A stretch of 64,000 nucleotides of DNA. It comes from Puia sp. GTDB lineage: Bacteria; Bacteroidota; Bacteroidia; Chitinophagales; Chitinophagaceae. A model generated the notes under the pieces. It worked only from the letters and a program-made list of their open reading frames with translations. It was not told the DNA's origin and made no database searches. The position numbers and the translations under genes were made by a program. Location of the stretch: the NCBI GenBank assembly GCA_035499855.1, contig DATJXY010000027.1, positions 7,489-71,488 of the forward strand. The letters are read 5' to 3'. This document shows positions 1 to 9,439 of this stretch, piece by piece (within the stretch, counting starts at the first letter, position 1; each line of letters opens with the position of its first letter).

Positions 1-240
1 GGTACTATCCTGGTGTTTCAATGCACCCTTTAATGGAATGGAAACGATTTCCATATTATCATGCGGATGTGTTCCAAATCCCCCGCCACCACTAACGATA
101 TCATCATTTAAAACCCGCAATGCGCCAAAATGAACTTTTGTCGGATCATACCAGTGACCAAAACTGAATGAATGATGGCTGTCAAGCCAGCCAAAATTAA
201 CATGCCCTCTTTCCCGGGCTGGATAAAATACAGTTTCCAT
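1..240 (-). CDS. pirin family protein, 5' part (runs off the window edge)
   Basis: Manual translation METVFYPARERGHVNFGWLDSHHSFSFG...LRVLNDD...GFGTHPHDNMEIVSIPLKGALKHQDS; typical pirin/YhhW N-terminus. Confidence 0.9.
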   Translation of the reverse strand, partial: METVFYPARERGHVNFGWLDSHHSFSFGHWYDPTKVHFGALRVLNDDIVSGGGGFGTHPHDNMEIVSIPLKGALKHQDST

Positions 241-356
241 ATATTTTTGATTTGAACGATGTTTAAACATCAATTTTGATACCAGATCATTTTGTCAGGC
301 ATTAATTAGATTTGCCGGACCTTTCGTCAGTCAATATGAATAATTATTGTCAGCTG

Positions 357-1130
357 CTAATCTCCATTACCTTCTTCAGGTATGTGGCTTTGATTGTATT
401 CCAGAACGAAGTTATTTTTACCCTCTCCGACAAGAATGCTCAGATACCTTTGCTGGACAAGTTCCAGGATAGAAAGGAAAATAAAAATTGCATGAATGCG
501 GTTTTCACAGAAACTGATTATTTTTTCAAAAGGCAGAATTTTTTCTTTTTCAATCGTAGTAAGCATCCAGTCCCTCGTTTCTTCCATTGTATAATTATAT
601 TGTACGACGGTATGGACCGGTTTATTTTTTCTTTCCTGCATCTTCTTCATCAAACGTTCAAATGTTTTCATCAGCCGGAATAAAGTGATGGTTTGTATTT
701 CCGTCCCTTCGGCAGATTCTTCTCCAATTTGTGAAAGTTCCTTCTGCAGGTTCCCCCGTTTTGCCATTAACATGCGAACCGCTTCCATCTCCGCCATCTT
801 TGCTGCGGCTTCTTTATACCGCTTATACTGGAGAACTTTATCAATCAGTTCCTGGCGGGGGTCGATTTCATTTCCCTGTTCATCCAATTCCTTACGCGGT
901 AACAACATTTTTGCCTTAATACGCATCAAAGTGGAAACGAATAATATGAATTCACTCGATAGTTCGATATTCAATCTTTCCTGTGAATGAATATAATCCA
1001 TAAAATCCCGGATAATATTATTGATGGGAATATTATAGATGTCCAACTCATCTCTTTCAATAAAAAATAACAAAAGGTCGAAAGGACCTTCAAACTGTGA
1101 TAATTTAATCTGGTACGAGGTAGCGTTCAC
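357..1130 (-). CDS. scpA: segregation and condensation protein A
   Basis: FEGPFDLLLFFIERDELDIYNIPI...LMRIKAKMLLP motifs; GTG start. Confidence 0.9.
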   Translation of the reverse strand: MNATSYQIKLSQFEGPFDLLLFFIERDELDIYNIPINNIIRDFMDYIHSQERLNIELSSEFILFVSTLMRIKAKMLLPRKELDEQGNEIDPRQELIDKVLQYKRYKEAAAKMAEMEAVRMLMAKRGNLQKELSQIGEESAEGTEIQTITLFRLMKTFERLMKKMQERKNKPVHTVVQYNYTMEETRDWMLTTIEKEKILPFEKIISFCENRIHAIFIFLSILELVQQRYLSILVGEGKNNFVLEYNQSHIPEEGNGD

Positions 1131-1145
1131 TGTGAATATTTTTAA

Positions 1146-1220
1146 GAAGCCGGAAAGATTTATTATTCAAATTTTCTGATGATATAACTTTCGGACTTCC
1201 CGACTTTCGGTCTTTTCCGA
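1146..1220. repeat. periodic palindrome, octamer type (CTTTCGGA-like)
   Basis: CTTTCGGA CTTCCCGA CTTTCGGT CTTTTCCGA at 1188-1220; inverted partner GAAGCCGGAAAG at 1146-1157. Confidence 0.6.
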
Positions 1221-1229
1221 CCGTCGTTG

Positions 1230-1237
1230 CAAATGTA
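1230..1237 (-). promoter_or_regulatory. Bacteroidota primary-sigma -7 box for scpA
   Basis: TACATTTG on minus strand matches TAnnTTTG. Confidence 0.55.
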
Positions 1238-1262
1238 TGAAATCGTTTGGGAAGAAAATTCC

Positions 1263-2201
1263 TTATAATTTCACAGCCAATCCTATCCCCAATATCTCCT
1301 GGAACTGGAGTGTTGGCCCTCCCGGAGTTCCATCGCTCTTGACCGATTTGATATCATTATCATAGATGAGATTTAGTGAGAAGGTCACCGCGAGAACACC
1401 GGTTACTTTTACAGCCAGAAGATTGGTCATGTTAATATCTATGTCCTGAGGATCGCGAAGATAATTGGAGAAAAGATCAAGGCGTCCTGTGTACACAGAG
1501 TTTGCTCCCACTTTATGTGTGTAATTAATAGTCGCATAGGCTCCGAATTCAAACTTCACATTTTTTCCGGAGTCAACACCGAAGGCTCCGATCTTTGACA
1601 GGGAATCATTTTTTACAATGACCCATCTCGCCGAAGCCGGAGACACAAATACTGAAAAATGATCGTCGGGTTTATAATTTATACCAGGTGAAAGGAGTAC
1701 ATACGCAGGAGAAAAGAGATCTGAAGTCAGTATTTTGCTTGTATCATTTGGATAATTATATCCTTTGGCAAATTGAGATCGGAAATTGAACAAAGCACTC
1801 ACATACCAGTTTTTTGCCACTTCATATCCGTATTTGGAAAGTATATCGATCCTGTCGTCTGTTTTTCGCGTACCAAGACTGGTTGTTTTTACGCCTCCAA
1901 ATGCGAGATTGATTGTATTATCCCAGGAATTTCTTCCCTTCTTATAAAATGCATATCCATATAATGTGCTATTCAGCGCAAGAGAAGATTTATCACCGCC
2001 TGCAGCCCAATTGCTCAGAGCAGCCTGATTGAATGTGAGTGTAAACAGTCCCCCTGTTTTCCAAATTTTCGGAATAGTGTCGTTGGGGTCTTTTTTAATT
2101 TCCTGAGAAGCTTCTTTCTTGATGTTCTGTAGATCCTTATCCTGTGCATTCAAGATCAAAATAATGAATAGCATGCAGGCTAACATGCAAATCTTTTTCA
2201 T
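1263..2201 (-). CDS. DUF3078-like outer-membrane beta-barrel protein
   Basis: Signal peptide; WKTGG...FNQAALSNWAAGG; RKTDDRIDILSKYG; C-terminal QFQEILGIGLAVKL. Confidence 0.75.
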   Translation of the reverse strand: MKKICMLACMLFIILILNAQDKDLQNIKKEASQEIKKDPNDTIPKIWKTGGLFTLTFNQAALSNWAAGGDKSSLALNSTLYGYAFYKKGRNSWDNTINLAFGGVKTTSLGTRKTDDRIDILSKYGYEVAKNWYVSALFNFRSQFAKGYNYPNDTSKILTSDLFSPAYVLLSPGINYKPDDHFSVFVSPASARWVIVKNDSLSKIGAFGVDSGKNVKFEFGAYATINYTHKVGANSVYTGRLDLFSNYLRDPQDIDINMTNLLAVKVTGVLAVTFSLNLIYDNDIKSVKSDGTPGGPTLQFQEILGIGLAVKL

Positions 2202-2250
2202 AGTCTCTGTTTGTGGTATGATAAAAATGCGATGAAAATTTTTTTTGAAA

Positions 2251-2622
2251 TTATTTCTTTTTCAATTCATCGCGAATCTCGGCAAGCAGTTTTTCTGTAG
2301 CAGTGGGTTCAACTGCCGGGGGAACTTTTTTCTTTTCTATCGCTTTAGCGGCCTTAACAATCAAAAACAGGATGAAAGCAACAATGATGAATTTGATGAT
2401 TGCTGCAAGAAACTTGCCGTATTTGACAGAGCCCCAGGTGAGTTTGTCCAGGTCTTGTACTTGAGCAGCTTTCAATGCTGGTGTTAACAATAAAGGTGTA
2501 ACAACATCATCGACCAAAGACGAAACGATTGCCGTAAAAGCGGCGCCAATCACTACTGCAACTGCAAGATCGATTACATTTCCGCGTAAAGCAAAATCTC
2601 TGAACTCTTTTAGTACGCTCAT
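2251..2622 (-). CDS. mscL: large-conductance mechanosensitive channel
   Basis: LKEFRDFALRGNVIDLAVAVVIGAAF...LLAEIRDEL. Confidence 0.97.
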   Translation of the reverse strand: MSVLKEFRDFALRGNVIDLAVAVVIGAAFTAIVSSLVDDVVTPLLLTPALKAAQVQDLDKLTWGSVKYGKFLAAIIKFIIVAFILFLIVKAAKAIEKKKVPPAVEPTATEKLLAEIRDELKKK

Positions 2623-2808
2623 AAATAAGCAGTTTAATGTTAATGAATGAAAGTGCCATCTAAGATATTAAATTATAGGAACATACTGTCGGCAGGCTTA
2701 TTAAATTTTACGTATAGACAATGGAGTGATTTGTTGAAGAAAATATAAGCCGCAGAACAGTCATATTCAACAGGCTTGATTTAATTCACAAAGAAATCAT
2801 TCCCCAGT

Positions 2809-3372
2809 CTACACTGACATGATTTCTTTTTCTTTGGCAGAAAGATGTTTTTCTATCAGAGAGATATATTTGTCGGTGGTTTCCTGCATTTTTTTCTCTG
2901 TGTCCTTGGCAACATCTTCGCTAAGTCCCTGCTTTTGTAATTTCTTGATATGCTCGATAGCATCACGCCGAATATTACGCACTGCTACCTTGGTATGTTC
3001 CCCTTCTGTATTCGCTCTTTTTACATATTCTTTCCTTCTCTCTTCAGTCAAAGGAGGCATAAAAATCCGGATAGTATTTCCATCATTCTGTGGAGTTACA
3101 CCCAGGTTTGCTGCGATAATTGCCCTTTCAATAGGCTGGAGCATATTTTTTTCCCAGGGTTGAATAGTCATTGTGCGGGCATCCATGACCGATATATTGG
3201 CTACCTGGTTCAAAGCCGTGGGAGAACCATAATAATCAACAGTAAGACCATCCAACATTTGTGGATTGGCTTTACCTGCCCTGATTTTGATCAATTCGTT
3301 TTCGAGATGATTAATAGCTTTCTGCATGGCAGCCCGGGAATCTTCCAGGATATGCGTTGAATCTTCTGACAT
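2809..3372 (-). CDS. frr: ribosome recycling factor
   Basis: IRAGKANP...VDYYGSPT...PPLTEERRKE...RNIRRDA. Confidence 0.97.
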   Translation of the reverse strand: MSEDSTHILEDSRAAMQKAINHLENELIKIRAGKANPQMLDGLTVDYYGSPTALNQVANISVMDARTMTIQPWEKNMLQPIERAIIAANLGVTPQNDGNTIRIFMPPLTEERRKEYVKRANTEGEHTKVAVRNIRRDAIEHIKKLQKQGLSEDVAKDTEKKMQETTDKYISLIEKHLSAKEKEIMSV

Positions 3373-3494
3373 AAATAAAGAATTAACAGGGATGCAAACC
3401 TACATTAAATCAAAAATTACACAAAAAGATAGAGAAAATAAATTGTATAAATCTCGAAGTTAAATAAATCTGATTATGGAAGAAAATACCCTGC

Positions 3495-4646
3495 TCAATT
3501 TTTCTGTTCCAGGATGGTGTCTTTGATCAATGAAATCAGTTTCGATTCTTTTACATTGCCATTTTCAGGTTGTTTTCCATTCTTCGACAAAATAAGTTTT
3601 GGTTTTGAGCGGGCATAATATGAAATAGCGATAAATCCGAAGAAGAAAGCAAAGACAGAAAGAATCAACAAAGTGCAGCCAAGTGATCTGCCAAAATAAA
3701 CAAGAGCGACGAGGATCAGGTTCATGGAAACAAGCAGAATGGTAATAGATCTATGGGACAGGCCTCTGTCAAGTAAAAGATGATGGATGTGATTTCGGTC
3801 TGGACTAAATGGCGAACGACGTTTGAATATTCTGATGGAAAATACTCTCAGTGTATCTAATAAAGGAATCATCAGAATCGTAAAGCCGATAGCCGCTGAA
3901 GATTCCAATATAGGCATAGGCAAAACAGTATCCTGACTATTCCCATTAGCGGGATCAATAAATTTAATTGCGAGAATAGCATTTACAACACCAATTAATA
4001 AAGATCCTGTATCACCCATAAATATTTTGGCCGGCTGAAAATTAAATATGAGGAAAGCAAGCAGGCTGCCTGATAATGAAAATGCCAATATATAATAGGA
4101 AGGCATATCCAGATTAAGAAAATAAATACCGAATAAAAGTGATGACATCAGACCAAGGGTTCCTGCTAATCCATCTACCCCATCTATTAAATTGAAAGAA
4201 TTAATGATGACGATAATCGTAAAATAAGTAATCAGCAGACTGAACATTTCAGGCAAATTATAAATCCCAAAAAATCCATGCATGCTTCTGATCTGAATTC
4301 TGCCATAATAAATAATCAGGAATGCAGCCAGAACCTGTCCGATAAATTTTTTAATGGGTGAAATAACCAGGATATCATCTTTCAGGCCAAGGAAGAAAAT
4401 GACCAGGGAAGCGGCGATAAAATATTGAAATTCGGAAGAAGATTTGAAATTAACCGTAAGCAGACAGCCAAAAACAAAACCTGCGAAAATGCCGATACCT
4501 CCCAGTGGTGTGATAGCTGTATGATGAATCTTCCGTTCGTCGGGCATATCGAACAGTTTCTTCATTTCGGCGACATTAATAATTACCGGGATGGCTAAAA
4601 AAGTAATAGTAAATGAAATGGCGACAGAGAGTATTACATCAAACAT
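3495..4646 (-). CDS. MraY/WecA/TagO-family undecaprenyl-phosphate sugar-1-phosphate transferase
   Basis: GLKDDI, NSFNLIDGVDGLA, IFMGDTGSLLIG, PDRNHIHH motifs; start placed at ATG 4646 (MFDVIL). Confidence 0.88.
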   Translation of the reverse strand: MFDVILSVAISFTITFLAIPVIINVAEMKKLFDMPDERKIHHTAITPLGGIGIFAGFVFGCLLTVNFKSSSEFQYFIAASLVIFFLGLKDDILVISPIKKFIGQVLAAFLIIYYGRIQIRSMHGFFGIYNLPEMFSLLITYFTIIVIINSFNLIDGVDGLAGTLGLMSSLLFGIYFLNLDMPSYYILAFSLSGSLLAFLIFNFQPAKIFMGDTGSLLIGVVNAILAIKFIDPANGNSQDTVLPMPILESSAAIGFTILMIPLLDTLRVFSIRIFKRRSPFSPDRNHIHHLLLDRGLSHRSITILLVSMNLILVALVYFGRSLGCTLLILSVFAFFFGFIAISYYARSKPKLILSKNGKQPENGNVKESKLISLIKDTILEQKN

Positions 4647-4885
4647 TGGCCTAATTTGTAATTCAAAAATAAATCCATTTTTTATTTTGCCACTAAACCA
4701 ACCTACCAATGAACCATCTTCCGTCAATCATTCAGATTAACACATACTATAACCAAAACAACATTAAGGCAGCAGATTTGATGAATCTTACGGAGCGAAT
4801 ATGAAGGCAAATTAAGGCAAAAGTTTAATATAAGGATAAATAAATTCCGTTAGCTTTGCCGGCTACATTCCATTAATACTTTTAT

Positions 4886-5719
4886 ATGGCTGATTTAAAA
4901 GCAATTGCCTCTCAAATTCGTCGCGATATCGTCCGCATGGTTCATGGGGCTAATAGTGGTCATCCTGGTGGCTCTTTAGGCTGTACCGATTTTTTTACTG
5001 CCTTGTACTTTGAAATCATGGATCATAATCCTCAATTTTCAATGGATGGCAAAAATGAAGATATTTTTTTCCTTTCGAATGGACATATTTCCCCCGTTTT
5101 TTACGCTTCATTGGCAAGGTCTGGCTACTTCGACATCAAAGAGCTGTCTACTTTTCGTAAAATCAATTCGAGATTACAAGGCCATCCTGCTACTCATGAA
5201 CACCTTCCGGGAATCCGTATTGCCAGCGGTTCTCTTGGACAAGGTATGAGTGTTGCCATTGGAGCCGCGCTATCTAAAAAACTCAATAACGATAAAAATA
5301 TTGTATTCTCTCTTCATGGAGATGGTGAGCTCGACGAAGGTCAGATCTGGGAAGCTCTCCTGTTTGCTGCACATCATAAAGTAGATAATCTCATTTCAAC
5401 TGTCGACTGGAATCATCAGCAAATAGACGGTACTACAGATAAGGTAATGAACCTGGGAAATATCCGTCAGAAATTCGAGGCCTTTGGATGGACAACATTA
5501 GAAATGAATGGCAATGATATTGATGAAGTGATTGCCACATTGAAAAAAGCAAAATCCATGACAGGTAATGGAAAACCTGTAGCTATCATGATGCATACGA
5601 TCATGGGCAAAGGAGTAGATTTTATGGAAAATGATCACAACTGGCATGGAGTCGCTCCCAATGATGAACAATTGCAAAAAGCCCTCGCTCAATTACCTGT
5701 AACTTTGGGAGATTACTGA
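4886..5719 (+). CDS. transketolase, N-terminal (TPP-binding) subunit
   Basis: SGHPGGSLG, LSNGHISP, GSLGQG, GDGELDEGQIWEA; 277 aa, N-terminal half only. Confidence 0.93.
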   Translation: MADLKAIASQIRRDIVRMVHGANSGHPGGSLGCTDFFTALYFEIMDHNPQFSMDGKNEDIFFLSNGHISPVFYASLARSGYFDIKELSTFRKINSRLQGHPATHEHLPGIRIASGSLGQGMSVAIGAALSKKLNNDKNIVFSLHGDGELDEGQIWEALLFAAHHKVDNLISTVDWNHQQIDGTTDKVMNLGNIRQKFEAFGWTTLEMNGNDIDEVIATLKKAKSMTGNGKPVAIMMHTIMGKGVDFMENDHNWHGVAPNDEQLQKALAQLPVTLGDY

Positions 5720-5723
5720 GGCC

Positions 5724-5827
5724 GTGAATGGTCAATAGTGAATAATCATTCATGAGTCGTGAGACGTGAAAACAGAATATTCGCTAAGTCTAGAAAAGTA
5801 TTTCACGTTTCACAATTCATCATTCAC
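5724..5827. repeat. periodic palindrome, heptamer type (GTGAATG/GTGAGAC)
   Basis: GTGAATG GTCAATA GTGAATA ATCATTC ATGAGTC GTGAGAC GTGAAAA (5724-5772) and ATTTCAC GTTTCAC AATTCAT CATTCAC (5800-5827). Confidence 0.85.
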
Positions 5828-7044
5828 GATCTAAGCTCTATCGGTTGCGCTGCAGCCTTACGGGAAGGCAGCCACGAAGCCAGAAGCGCCACTACCAGAA
5901 TTGTAGTTAAGACCAATAAAAAATCCGTTGCAACTAATTTTACCGGATAATAACTGATCAGAAAAGAATCGCCCTGCAGGGGAACCAGATGATATTTTAC
6001 CTGCAGCCAGCAAACAAAAACAGCTAAAAGAATTCCTGTTGCCCCACCGAGAATGGCAAGCAATATTCCCTCGCTCAAAAAAATTTTTTGAATATAATTG
6101 TCATTTGCGCCTAATGCTTTCAACACCTGGATATCTTTTTGTTTTTCCAAAACAAGCATGGTGAGTGCGCCAACCATATTGAAAGCAGCGACGATCAGAA
6201 TGAGGGTCAATACACAGTAGATCACCCATTTTTCCGTCCGCATAACATTATACAAGCTTTGATTTTGCTCATATCTTGTCTGAACCAAATATCCGTTACC
6301 AAATATTAATTGCAATGCTGACTTTGTAGCATCTGATTTTGAAGGATCTTTCAGCTCGATTTCTGCTCCGCTGTATTCATCCGCCTTTAAATCCAGCATC
6401 TGCTTCATAAAGTCCAAATTTGTAATCACATATTTATTGTCGAAATCCTGTTGAATGATGAATGTTCCTGTAGTAGCAATAGTGCTGGTGCTGACAGATT
6501 CCGTGAGATCAGCTGAAGCCGTGCGATCCGCTTTTTTAAACATATAAACAGACAAAGGAATTGTTTCCCTGTCTGATTCAATAGCCAATGCATTTTCAAT
6601 TCCCGCCCCTATCACGGCGCCGGGATGGTCAGCCGTCCCCAACTCAAAATCACCTCTCACCAATTTTCGTGACACCCCTGCTATATTCTTATAATTGCTG
6701 TCAACTCCCTTTAAAATCACTGGCTGCATGGTTCCGGATTGAAGTAAGGCCTTATCTTCTACAACCAATGAATAACCGCGGATATTTTCTGCTCCGCTAA
6801 GTTGTTTTAATTGACCGGAGGACAGGGTCATGAACTTTCCTGTTGCAGGAGATATCCTGATATCAGTATAAAAATCGGCATACAAAGATTTCACGAGATC
6901 TTCCAGTCCATTAAAAACACTCAATACAATAATCAATGATGCCGTACCAACTATAATCGCAGCCATACTCACCCAGGAAATGACATTGATTGCATTGGTT
7001 GATTTTTTGGCCTTGAAATATCGCCACGCAAAAAGAAAATTCAA
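5824..7044 (-). CDS. LolC/E (FtsX-like) ABC transporter permease
   Basis: AWRYFKAKKSTNAINVISW; AAFNMVGALTMLVLEKQKDIQVLKALGA; TTG start. Confidence 0.85.
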   Translation of the reverse strand: MNFLFAWRYFKAKKSTNAINVISWVSMAAIIVGTASLIIVLSVFNGLEDLVKSLYADFYTDIRISPATGKFMTLSSGQLKQLSGAENIRGYSLVVEDKALLQSGTMQPVILKGVDSNYKNIAGVSRKLVRGDFELGTADHPGAVIGAGIENALAIESDRETIPLSVYMFKKADRTASADLTESVSTSTIATTGTFIIQQDFDNKYVITNLDFMKQMLDLKADEYSGAEIELKDPSKSDATKSALQLIFGNGYLVQTRYEQNQSLYNVMRTEKWVIYCVLTLILIVAAFNMVGALTMLVLEKQKDIQVLKALGANDNYIQKIFLSEGILLAILGGATGILLAVFVCWLQVKYHLVPLQGDSFLISYYPVKLVATDFLLVLTTILVVALLASWLPSRKAAAQPIELRS

Positions 7045-7063
7045 AGTTTGGATTTGTTTATGA

Positions 7064-7441
7064 TTATTGCGAATGATTACCGGGAGATTCCTGGTTTTTT
7101 ATTTCCCTGAATAAGGCTTCCATTTTATCAACATATTCCAGACTATCGTCCAGAAAAAATTTCAGTTGAGGCATAATGCGTAGCTGATTCTTTACAGAGC
7201 TGACCATTGCTTTTTTTATTTCCCAGGACCTTTCTTCAATTTTTTTCATTGCCTCTTTGTTATCTTTTACCTTGAATAGGCTCAGGTAAATTCTGGCCTC
7301 TGAAAGATCCGGAGTTAATTTTACAGAGGAGATGGAAACCATTCCTCCATCGAGCATATTCAGACCCAGGTGCTGAAAAATGCCGCTCAATTCTTCAAAT
7401 AACAATGCAGCCACCTGCTTCTGTCGTTTTCCTTCTTGCAT
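7064..7441 (-). CDS. rbfA: ribosome-binding factor A
   Basis: MQEGKRQKQV...VKLTPDLSEARIYLS...LRIMPQLKFFLDDSL. Confidence 0.93.
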   Translation of the reverse strand: MQEGKRQKQVAALLFEELSGIFQHLGLNMLDGGMVSISSVKLTPDLSEARIYLSLFKVKDNKEAMKKIEERSWEIKKAMVSSVKNQLRIMPQLKFFLDDSLEYVDKMEALFREIKNQESPGNHSQ

Positions 7442-7533
7442 ATCGTTAACAATTTTCAATGTAAATTTACAGCTTATTCACTTGTGGGCAATAGCCAATA
7501 AAGCTGCGGGGCTCATTGAGTAATATCCAATAA

Positions 7534-9351
7534 ATGAAACGTTTTTCCATTATTTTAAAATACTTAGGGGATCAGAAAAAAAATATAGTTCTATATTTTG
7601 TTTTCAATTTACTATCGGTGCTTTTTTCCTTGGTCTCTCTTGCCATGCTGGCTCCTTTTCTACAATTATTATTCGGAAAAGAAAAGCTCAAAGATGCCGA
7701 ACCTTCATTTGGCTTTTCCGCCAATGGTTTGTTGGAATATATTAAATATATTCTCAGCTCTCTTATCAAAAAGCACAATGAAGTATATGCTTTGGCTGCA
7801 ATATGCGTCATCATTATCGTTACTGTTCTATTGAAAAATATATTTTTATATTTTTCTTATCGTGTGCTGGCTCCGATGCGTAATAAAGTAATGACGAGGT
7901 TGAGAGCGGATCTTTATTCAAAAATACTGGAACTGCCGATTGGTTTTTTTACCGAGCAACGTAAGGGTGATATCATCAGCCGGATGAGCAATGATGCCAA
8001 TGAAATTGAGTGGAGTGTGATGAGTACACTTGAAGGATTGATCAAAGACCCAATGAATATCATTATCATTCTCGCCTCGCTGGTTTTCTTAAGCCCGGCT
8101 TTGTCATTGTTTCTTTTGGTATTGCTTCCGCTGACAGGCTTTATTATCGGCAGAGTGAGCAGGTCATTAAAAAAACAGTCTTCCATCGCGCAGGAACAAT
8201 TAGGGATATTGATGTCAGCATTGGATGAAACATTGGGTGGACTCAGAGTGATCAAAGCTTTCAATGCAGAAAAATTATTAAAAAGTAAATTCTTTCAAAC
8301 TAATGACTTCCTGAATCATATCCGTAACAAAATCATGTTCAGAAGGGATATGGCATCACCCATGTCGGAATTTTTAGGAGTGATGGTATTGAGTTGTATT
8401 CTATGGTTTGGTGGAAGATTGGTTCTGTCTCATCAATCGCTGGCTCCTGAAGCTTTCATTACTTATATCGCAATTTTTTCACAAATCATTAATCCTGCCA
8501 AATCTTTGTCCACAGCATTTTATAATATGCAACGTGGCAAGGCTGCTATTGAGCGCATCGAACAAATAATAAAAGCACCCATTACTGTTCAGGAAATAAA
8601 AAATCCGGTTTTATTTACTTCATTCAAGAATAATATCGAATTTAAAAATGTGTCCTTTGCCTATGATGATGCAGTCGTTCTTGAAAACATAAATCTTACC
8701 ATACAAAAAGGAAAGACAATTGCATTGGTGGGATCTTCAGGCGCAGGTAAATCGACCCTGGCTGACCTCATACCGCGTTTCCATGATGTTACCGGAGGTG
8801 AATTATTAATCGATGGTATTAATATAAAAAATTATTCATTGCACTCTTTACGTAGCCAGATGAGTATCGTTACCCAGGAACCAATCTTATTCAATGATAC
8901 CATTGCTAATAATATTGCACTGGGAAGTGCCGATACAAATCCTGCTGCTATCGAACAGGCAGCGAAAGTGGCCAATGCAAATAATTTTATAATACAGAAA
9001 GAAGAATCATACCAAACAAATATTGGCGACCGGGGATCCAAGCTCAGCGGTGGAGAAAGACAGCGATTGACGATTGCGCGCGCCGTACTAAAAAATCCTC
9101 CGATTCTGATCCTGGATGAAGCGACTTCTTCATTAGATACGGAAAGTGAACGCCTGGTTCAGGATGCGATCAATAACATGATGCAAAATCGCACCTGTAT
9201 TGTAATCGCACACAGACTGAGTACAATCCGTCATGCCGATGAAATCATTGTCCTGCAAAAAGGTAGGATCGTTGAAAAAGGAACACATGAGCAATTGATG
9301 GGAAATAATGGGTTGTATAAACGTTTAGTGGAAATGCAGGAAATAAAATAA
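7534..9351 (+). CDS. MsbA-like ABC exporter (TMD plus NBD)
   Basis: Walker A GSSGAGKST, signature LSGGERQR, Walker B ILILDEATS. Confidence 0.92.
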   Translation: MKRFSIILKYLGDQKKNIVLYFVFNLLSVLFSLVSLAMLAPFLQLLFGKEKLKDAEPSFGFSANGLLEYIKYILSSLIKKHNEVYALAAICVIIIVTVLLKNIFLYFSYRVLAPMRNKVMTRLRADLYSKILELPIGFFTEQRKGDIISRMSNDANEIEWSVMSTLEGLIKDPMNIIIILASLVFLSPALSLFLLVLLPLTGFIIGRVSRSLKKQSSIAQEQLGILMSALDETLGGLRVIKAFNAEKLLKSKFFQTNDFLNHIRNKIMFRRDMASPMSEFLGVMVLSCILWFGGRLVLSHQSLAPEAFITYIAIFSQIINPAKSLSTAFYNMQRGKAAIERIEQIIKAPITVQEIKNPVLFTSFKNNIEFKNVSFAYDDAVVLENINLTIQKGKTIALVGSSGAGKSTLADLIPRFHDVTGGELLIDGINIKNYSLHSLRSQMSIVTQEPILFNDTIANNIALGSADTNPAAIEQAAKVANANNFIIQKEESYQTNIGDRGSKLSGGERQRLTIARAVLKNPPILILDEATSSLDTESERLVQDAINNMMQNRTCIVIAHRLSTIRHADEIIVLQKGRIVEKGTHEQLMGNNGLYKRLVEMQEIK

Positions 9352-9439
9352 GCTTCGGTTTCATTTACATTTACTTCGTTTGCTACAATTTGTAGTTTTA
9401 TATTCGTGCCGAATTGTTTCTATTTTTAATAACCAGCAC

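Noticed and set aside
4647-4727. Longer upstream start for the WecA-like gene, and similar long starts given for S9, hemH, hemE, gatB, LUD and birA
   Set aside because: The extensions overlap promoters or neighbouring genes and lack family-like sequence; downstream ATGs were chosen.
5759-5950. 63-aa plus-strand ORF after transketolase
   Set aside because: It starts inside the repeat element, overlaps the lolC/E-like gene antisense, and has no similarity to the transketolase C-half.
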